A stretch of 64,000 nucleotides of DNA. Source: Candidatus Sumerlaeaceae bacterium (GTDB taxonomy: Bacteria; Sumerlaeota; Sumerlaeia; Sumerlaeales; Sumerlaeaceae). The position numbers and the translations under genes were made by a program. This document shows positions 57,882 to 64,000 of the stretch, piece by piece (position 1 is the stretch's first letter; each line of letters opens with the position of its first letter). Below the pieces are notes generated by a model, which worked only from the letters and a program-made list of their open reading frames with translations, made no database searches and had not been told where the DNA came from. The DNA lies in the NCBI GenBank assembly GCA_051003195.1, contig JBPCLP010000024.1, positions 64,001-128,000 on the forward strand. The letters are read 5' to 3'.

Positions 57882-59012
57882 ATGGCCGCCCGAAAAAGCT
57901 ACGCGTATAATTCTAAAATCCCGTTTTATGTAATCGAATTTCTCGGGTTTGCACTCTCATCGTACCTGTTTATGGTATCCGCGAATCTCATCGGGGATAA
58001 GCTTCCATGCGCGCGCAGTAAGTGGATCGCCTGTGAGTCTGCCGTGAAAGGCCCATTCTCCCACTTTGGCCCATTCTCGGTCGCGGCCCTGGGCGTAATC
58101 TACTACATCATCCATTTGGCACTCACCTCCGGTCTTCGCGATCGCGCTGCTCAAATCCTGAAGGTACTGCTCGTAATCGGCGGTCTCCTGTTCGTCGCAT
58201 GGCTGAGGAGTTTGGAAATCGTGTGGCTGAAAAAGCTCTGCCCCTGGTGCTGGGGAGTTGCCGCGCTTACGCTCATTCATGCAGGCATCAGCTACCGACT
58301 TGCAGCTCCGCCCCTCCCGCGCCTGCGACCACCCGCTGTGGCTGGGCTGATCATCGGGGGTTTTCTACTGTTGGTCGGTCTTGTCACGATGCTGGAACTT
58401 GGCGTTAAAACGGGGCAGTTAATGCTCAACCAGGCACGCAGTACGAAAGCCGCAGCGCCAGCTCACGAAACCAATGAAGAGACAGTGGAAAAGCCTCCCC
58501 ACAAATCAACAGCACCAAAAACACCCGCTGTCACGTCCCCAACCCCTGCACCCACGCCGGTAACTCCACAGCAAAGCCCCACCCCAACACCCAGACCGAC
58601 GGTCGCTCTGCCGGCGGAACCGGAGCTTGTCGACACACCGGACGTCGCTGTACTCCGAAATCGTGGATGGCGGCATGCCGCAAGTGGCGAAGACGTGGTA
58701 AAATACGTGAAGCTCAAGCCCCCGGTCCTCATGATTGCGTATGACCCCTACTGCGAACAATGCCACGAGCTGATCACCACCGTGCTCGATACTACCGAAA
58801 TTACAAAACTTCCCGTCACGCGAGTCGCCATTCAGGAGTCCATGCTCAGTGGCCAGGTCAACGGAATGGTTAAAGAGATGCCAACGCTCCTCTTGTTTGG
58901 TTCCAGCGGCGAAGTTCTATGGACCCACGTCGGTAAGATCAGCATCAAGGATCTGGTGGAGGCAATACGCAGCGCACTTGCTGCTGCCGCCACCACCACG
59001 GCGGCGCCCTGA
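57882..59012 (+). CDS. VKOR domain fused to a thioredoxin-like domain
   Basis: Loop cysteines CARSKWIAC, CPWC, TM helices, Pro/Thr linker, YDPYCEQC...MPTLLLF. Confidence 0.85.
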   Translation: MAARKSYAYNSKIPFYVIEFLGFALSSYLFMVSANLIGDKLPCARSKWIACESAVKGPFSHFGPFSVAALGVIYYIIHLALTSGLRDRAAQILKVLLVIGGLLFVAWLRSLEIVWLKKLCPWCWGVAALTLIHAGISYRLAAPPLPRLRPPAVAGLIIGGFLLLVGLVTMLELGVKTGQLMLNQARSTKAAAPAHETNEETVEKPPHKSTAPKTPAVTSPTPAPTPVTPQQSPTPTPRPTVALPAEPELVDTPDVAVLRNRGWRHAASGEDVVKYVKLKPPVLMIAYDPYCEQCHELITTVLDTTEITKLPVTRVAIQESMLSGQVNGMVKEMPTLLLFGSSGEVLWTHVGKISIKDLVEAIRSALAAAATTTAAP

Positions 59013-59014
59013 CC

Positions 59015-59320
59015 GTGGCGCCTCCTTATGATCCATCCCGGGTCGAAGATGCCGTCCGGAAATTCAACGAGGCCGGCCTCACGCCCGCGGAAGCGCTGCT
59101 CGCCGCTGCACGCGTGCTCCAGGAAAGCCTCAAAGCTTTTCAGCAACACGCTCCCCGATTTCGCGCGGAAATTGGCGAACCCGCCACCCACGATTTCGCG
59201 CGCCAGGAATTCAACGACCTCATCTACGAACTTCAGGACACCATCCCTTCTGCGATACGAACTTATAATTCGCTGCTTCGGGATCCTGATCAGAAACACG
59301 ATCCCATTCCTGGCGAGTAA
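59015..59320 (+). CDS. Hypothetical helical protein
   Basis: Fills the gap between co-oriented genes; starts 2 nt after the VKOR stop. Confidence 0.55.
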   Translation: MAPPYDPSRVEDAVRKFNEAGLTPAEALLAAARVLQESLKAFQQHAPRFRAEIGEPATHDFARQEFNDLIYELQDTIPSAIRTYNSLLRDPDQKHDPIPGE

Positions 59321-59412
59321 GCCTGGAGGAAGCACAATCGTTTGCTTGCATTCAGGGCACCACATCTTCTGCCTGCCAGGCCGACGAGAACACACTCAAG
59401 CAGGAGCATGGA

Positions 59413-60870
59413 ATGATCCACCACCGTCGCACATTGCTGGTAGCAACTGGCATGTTGTTCGGCCTTGCAGTTCCAGGCATATCACTCGCTCAACCGCAGC
59501 CAGCTGTGGAACAGGTCTTTCAACTGCCGCTGTGCGGAACGATGCCCGTTCCCACGCAGATGCATGGCAGCGCCGTGCTTGGGGACCGTTTCTACATTTT
59601 TGGTGGTGATACGCCCCAGGGCTGGACCAACGAAGTTTACTCGGCGCGCTATTCCCCTGAAAAGGCACAGCTCACCGGCTGGCGACGCGAAAAAGAACTC
59701 CCGGAACGCCGCGCCTATCTCGTCAACTCTGTCGAAACGGTCAATGATCGAATTTACATTCTCGGGGGAGCGGTGGCGGAAACTTCTGCGACTGAGGAAG
59801 GAAAAATCACGCGTGCACAGGACGTGCTCTGGACAAGTGTCAAGCCCGACGGGGTCATTGCCGAATGGAAGCGCAGCGAAAAATTTCCCGGGCAGGCGCT
59901 CTCACTGCTCGCGTCATGTTCCGATGATAAGCACATCTATGTAACCGGTGGCTCGAGCGGCAGCACCATGTCCAACGCAGTGCACGTCGCCGACCTGGCG
60001 GCCGACGGCGCTCCGGCAAACTGGCGTTCCGCCGGCATTCTTCCCAAGGCAATGCGCTTCCACGGAGCCGCCATCCAGAACGCCCGACTATACACCTGGG
60101 GCGGGCAGGCAACACGAGCCGCTGGAGACGCTATGAAGGATGTATATAGCGCGCCCATGCAGAACGGTCTCGTCGGCCAATGGCGCAATGAGCCTGAAAT
60201 GCCGGCCGCTGTATACTCGTCCAGCTCATGCGGGTTTAACGATTACCTTATATCGGTCGGGGGGCGCTACGTTAATGGCCACCCTACCAACAGCCTCTGG
60301 TTTTCACGCTTGAACCCAGATGGAACTGTCATGCCGTGGATCGCCCTCAAGACAAACCTCGACGCACGTGTCTATCATTCGCTCGGCCTTGATAAGACCC
60401 GTGGAATTGTTTTCATTTCCGGCGGCAAAAACAAAATCACGCCCGAGCCTGGGTCAGGTACGATCCAGGACAAGGTCGCTATTTTTCGGCTCACCCAGTC
60501 CGCCCGCCCAGATGTCCAGCCGCAGAACGTAGCCACTCAGGCGGGAACACATACTGACCTTGATACAGCCATCGCCGCCGCGCGGCAAAACACCAAACCT
60601 GTGCTCGCATTTCTCTATGCCCCTGATGTCCCCGACTGTCGGCGCGCAATGGATAACGTGATTAGTTCGCCGCAATTCCAGGCTCTCCAGCAGAACTACA
60701 CAATTGCCAGGGTCGACGTCTCTGCAAGCAATGGCGCCGAAGCTTCGCGCAAGCTCTCGGTTTTCCGGGTTCCCGCTCTCGTGCTTCTGGATGCCGCTGG
60801 CGCTGTCAAAAAGAAGATCACCGGCGTTCAGAAGTGGTCCGATGTGCAGGAGATGCTGAGCAGTCGCTAA
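59413..60870 (+). CDS. Secreted kelch beta-propeller protein with C-terminal thioredoxin-like domain
   Basis: Six GG-containing blades (FYIFGG, IYILGG, IYVTGG, LYTWGG, ISVGG, FISGG); C-terminal AARQNTKPVLAFLYAPDVPDC...VPALVLLD. Confidence 0.8.
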   Translation: MIHHRRTLLVATGMLFGLAVPGISLAQPQPAVEQVFQLPLCGTMPVPTQMHGSAVLGDRFYIFGGDTPQGWTNEVYSARYSPEKAQLTGWRREKELPERRAYLVNSVETVNDRIYILGGAVAETSATEEGKITRAQDVLWTSVKPDGVIAEWKRSEKFPGQALSLLASCSDDKHIYVTGGSSGSTMSNAVHVADLAADGAPANWRSAGILPKAMRFHGAAIQNARLYTWGGQATRAAGDAMKDVYSAPMQNGLVGQWRNEPEMPAAVYSSSSCGFNDYLISVGGRYVNGHPTNSLWFSRLNPDGTVMPWIALKTNLDARVYHSLGLDKTRGIVFISGGKNKITPEPGSGTIQDKVAIFRLTQSARPDVQPQNVATQAGTHTDLDTAIAAARQNTKPVLAFLYAPDVPDCRRAMDNVISSPQFQALQQNYTIARVDVSASNGAEASRKLSVFRVPALVLLDAAGAVKKKITGVQKWSDVQEMLSSR

Positions 60871-60894
60871 GAGCCCGCCACTGCCATCTCTGCG

Positions 60895-61755
60895 TTAATC
60901 CGGCATCTGCACCGAGCTATCGGACTGCGGAGTCGCAGCGGGCTGTGTTGCCTGGTGTGCCGCTTCAAATAAATTGGGCAACGCACTTGGAACGGTCTCG
61001 GAGCCAGCGCTGGATTGCGTCTGCCCGCCCATCGGCGGAAGGTTGAGAAGATCGCCCGTTGCAATGGTTGAAGACGTTGCCCCTGCAGCTCGTGGTTCTG
61101 CGGCAGGAGCCGCTCCGCTGACGGTTTCAGCCTGTCCCGCTGCGCCAATCTCCTGGAGCGCGCCGGCTGCCGCGGCGCCAAGCGGTGATCCCGTCGACGA
61201 CATTCCGACGTGGCACTCCTGGCACGACATTTTGCCCGCAAACCGTTCCGCTCCACGATGGAACACATCCGCTCTCTTTTTCGCCAGCTCCTGCGGATTG
61301 GTTGGAACGCCCCCCGCCTGCTGCATCGCCACCAGGATAGTCTCATGATTGAACAACCCCTTCTGCGGCAGCCGATGGCTTGGATGACAGACCTCACAGC
61401 TGGTCTGTCCCATTACCTTGTCATGAAAGGCGAGGATCGCACCAAAGCGGGGTCGCGCGTTCCCGAACTCGTCCTTCGTTTGCGCCAGCCGTTCCGGATT
61501 CGCGCCTTTACCCGGCTCAAATGCGGTATGGCACCCCGCCGTCGAACAGTTTTTATCCGTCACATTCGACCATGGGCTCGAATGGCACGTTGCGCAATTG
61601 GAAGTACCGTAGCTGGAATGACTGGAGTACTCAGGGCTGTAGTAATATTTTACCACGTTACCTGGCCGTGTTGACAAAAAGATAATCAGTCCGACCACAC
61701 CAAACGTCACCACGTAGTTTGCTACCAGCGTGTTTCTCGTCGGGCGAAAATCCAT
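60895..61755 (-). CDS. Membrane-anchored multiheme c-type cytochrome (c3-like, 4 hemes)
   Basis: CATCH, CSTAGCH (CX4CH), CEVCH, CQECH; N-terminal TM; start overlaps the kinase stop. Confidence 0.85.
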   Translation of the reverse strand: MDFRPTRNTLVANYVVTFGVVGLIIFLSTRPGNVVKYYYSPEYSSHSSYGTSNCATCHSSPWSNVTDKNCSTAGCHTAFEPGKGANPERLAQTKDEFGNARPRFGAILAFHDKVMGQTSCEVCHPSHRLPQKGLFNHETILVAMQQAGGVPTNPQELAKKRADVFHRGAERFAGKMSCQECHVGMSSTGSPLGAAAAGALQEIGAAGQAETVSGAAPAAEPRAAGATSSTIATGDLLNLPPMGGQTQSSAGSETVPSALPNLFEAAHQATQPAATPQSDSSVQMPD

Positions 61756-63908
61756 CAGTTCGCCTTTCCGCCGAAATACAGGATTGAGACGATGTGCACC
61801 GCGGTAACCACCACCAGCGCGAAGGCCAGCGGGTAATGGAATATGCGCCAGTTGCGCAGCGCTCTCTGCGCAAATATTGCCAGCGTGACCTCGTGGTTTT
61901 CTTCCAACCGCGCCTGCCCCTTTTCAATCCGTTCAGCCGCCACTTGTTTCGCAATGTCGCGCCAGATGTAGCGACCCACCAGCCCGCTGATAATCACCAC
62001 GGTGAACAAAACACTGTTCAGGAAAGGCACGATAGGCACCAGGTGGTAGCTCGGCAGCGGCTGGCCTGGGATCGGCTCCTGCTGCGCCCCCGTAAAAAAC
62101 GCGAAGAAATTCCCACTGTGCACAATCGAAAGGAAAAATCCGACCAGCGCCATTACAATGTGGGTCTGCAGCCACACACGAACGTTTCCCATCTTCGGCA
62201 GCCACTTCTTGCGGATGCCCGCGATCATCATGATCGCAACAAACGCGAGGAACATCAGCGTCGCGCCAATGTTGCCCGACCAGTCCAGCCAGCTCTCTTT
62301 TCCGAGGCGCTTCAGCGTCACGCCAATCGCAATGGCTGTCACGGTGTAGGTCACACCCACCATCGCGAACAGCGCCAGGTTGCTCCATAAGTTGCGAACG
62401 CTGCGTTCGCCAATGTTCATCAGGCCTTCTGCAAGAAAGCTCGACCGGCTCTCGATAAACCCATGCCGGATTTCCAGGTCCTCCAGTTCACGGAACAGCG
62501 TCTGGAAATCCGGATAACGATCCTCCGGGTTCACGGCCATCATTCGCTGCACAAGAGCCGCCAGGTCGGGCAGCAATTCCGGTGCGGAAGCGCATGGGTC
62601 CGGCCTCGGTTCATCCAGGTGCTTGCGAAGCAGCGTTCTTACATCATTCGCATGGAACGGGGGATGCCCCGTCAGCAGGTAGTAGAACGTTGCACCCAAA
62701 GAATACTGGTCCGCCCGCGAAGTGATGGCCTTCCCATGGATCTGCTCCGGAGATATGAACAGCGGAGTCCCGACCACCTCGCTGCTCTCCTGCATTTCCA
62801 CGACGTGTTCCGCGAGCCCGAAGTCGACCAGCTTAACAATCCCCTGGCCATCGATCAGAATGTTCCCTGGCTTGATATCCCGATGGATAATCTCTGCGCG
62901 AGCCGCGCGATCCAGTCCGCGAAGGCATTGTTTTACCAGGTTCACCGCCACTTCCATGGGCACCCGTCCCTGCGCCTTCAGCATCTCGCGCAGCGTCTGT
63001 CCCTGCACAGCCTCCATCGTGAAATAGAACACGCCCTCAGATACGCCGACGTCATAAACCTGCACAATGTTCGGGTGCGTGAAAGTAGCCAGCGTGCGTG
63101 CTTCGCGGATGAAACGGTTTACAAAATTTTCGTTCGAGGCCAGTTCCGGTGGCATCACCTTGAGCGCCACGAGCCGGTCCAGCGACAACTGCCGCGCCGA
63201 GAACACCTGCCCCTGCCCGCCACGCCCCAGTCGCCCCTCGATCACATAGCCGGCGATCTCAGACCCCACGACCTCGTCGGGCTGCACACGCCGCCGGAAA
63301 AGCTCCGCGAAGGACGCCCCTGTTCCAGTACGGCCGCCGCCAGTAATCGAATCGAGTGATCTGCCCAACGAGCTGAGGGAACCCGCACCCACCGATCCTG
63401 CACTTCCCGCGTTGGGAGTTGCCGAGGCCCTCGACTCAATTCTGCCCGATCCACTTTCCGCTGCCGCCGCACTCTGGGAGGTTTCTTTTGGCTGCTGCCC
63501 GCCGGGCCAGCGCTGACGATCCGTAATTGCCACAAGGTCTTCAGGGGGCGTAGTGCTCATCGTAAGTGCCGCGCTCACCGATTCATGGTGAAGTTCATCC
63601 GATTCCTCGTCACCTATTGGTTTGGCGGCGGGCGCTGCATTGCCACTCAGCACAGATGCCAGCCGCGAATTCAGCACCACTTGGTCCAGCACCGTCTGCC
63701 GCTGAAAATCCGTAATCACATCGTCGTGAACCAGCAACTCGCCCAGGGTCGCCTCCGGAAATTCTTTCTGCCGCTCAAGCAGCTCCCGAATTTTCTCCGG
63801 CGTCGCAAGACCATGCGTCAGGCACAGCGCGATGAAGTGCAGATCTTGAGTGTGGGTAAGATTCACCGCGCCGCTCCTTCCAGGGAATGGAAAAGACAAA
63901 CCTGCCAC
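61755..63908 (-). CDS. Hanks-type Ser/Thr protein kinase fused to a 5-TM cytochrome-b-like domain
   Basis: GRGGQGQV, VALK, HRDIKPGN, DFG, GTPLFISPE; C-terminal TM helices with two H-x13-H pairs. Confidence 0.9.
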   Translation of the reverse strand: MAGLSFPFPGRSGAVNLTHTQDLHFIALCLTHGLATPEKIRELLERQKEFPEATLGELLVHDDVITDFQRQTVLDQVVLNSRLASVLSGNAAPAAKPIGDEESDELHHESVSAALTMSTTPPEDLVAITDRQRWPGGQQPKETSQSAAAAESGSGRIESRASATPNAGSAGSVGAGSLSSLGRSLDSITGGGRTGTGASFAELFRRRVQPDEVVGSEIAGYVIEGRLGRGGQGQVFSARQLSLDRLVALKVMPPELASNENFVNRFIREARTLATFTHPNIVQVYDVGVSEGVFYFTMEAVQGQTLREMLKAQGRVPMEVAVNLVKQCLRGLDRAARAEIIHRDIKPGNILIDGQGIVKLVDFGLAEHVVEMQESSEVVGTPLFISPEQIHGKAITSRADQYSLGATFYYLLTGHPPFHANDVRTLLRKHLDEPRPDPCASAPELLPDLAALVQRMMAVNPEDRYPDFQTLFRELEDLEIRHGFIESRSSFLAEGLMNIGERSVRNLWSNLALFAMVGVTYTVTAIAIGVTLKRLGKESWLDWSGNIGATLMFLAFVAIMMIAGIRKKWLPKMGNVRVWLQTHIVMALVGFFLSIVHSGNFFAFFTGAQQEPIPGQPLPSYHLVPIVPFLNSVLFTVVIISGLVGRYIWRDIAKQVAAERIEKGQARLEENHEVTLAIFAQRALRNWRIFHYPLAFALVVVTAVHIVSILYFGGKAN

Positions 63909-63955
63909 AGTGTAAGCCCAGCACCAGCATTGCGGGTCAATCGGATTTAGCCCGT

Positions 63956-64000
63956 TCAGAGGTCAGGCTTCAGCTTGTACAGACCCAGCAGCAGGATTTC
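63956..64000 (-). CDS. Possible 3' end of an upstream gene (partial)
   Basis: Open frame EILLLGLYKLKPDL* from the window edge, co-oriented with the kinase. Confidence 0.3.
   Translation of the reverse strand, partial: EILLLGLYKLKPDL

Noticed and set aside
57629..57910. 93-aa ORF with LENLK repeats
   Set aside because: The peptide repeats are just translation of the AACTTGAA DNA array; copy spacing is not consistently a multiple of 3.

Overview
GC-rich bacterial chromosome segment. The C-terminal AxxxEW motifs on secreted proteins suggest Candidatus Sumerlaeota/BRC1; this is an inference, not a database result. From left to right: (1) a surface-glycan cluster with a carbamoyltransferase missing from the ORF track, a GT2, a Wzx flippase and two SAM methyltransferases; (2) a CAZyme block (GH78, GH2-like, pectate-lyase-like) and a giant repeat lipoprotein; (3) housekeeping genes (sat, pyrR, yraN, moxR, moaD/E, lpdA, a HlyC/CorC-family gene, pyrE, hisB, chrA) interleaved with three ABC modules, two of them PilH/PilI/Xap-like with TPR-like partners; (4) an accessory island of about 8 kb (49.6-57.8 kb) bracketed by an inverted pair of unusual repeat elements, each a tandem hexamer array plus a conserved GGTAATTTCGCC core. 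The island carries a repeat-flanked secreted HExxH protein, a helicase-less R-M/S operon ending in an RxxxxH (HEPN-like) gene, two micro-ORFs, a wHTH-like protein with an SSB-like DIPF tail, and a stem-rich non-coding stretch; (5) a VKOR-thioredoxin fusion, a kelch-Trx protein, and a Ser/Thr kinase fused to a di-heme cytochrome-b-like membrane domain that is translationally coupled to a tetraheme c-type cytochrome. The strongest candidates for new biology are the kinase/cytochrome module and the repeat-bounded R-M+HEPN island. No rRNA, tRNA or CRISPR array was recognised.
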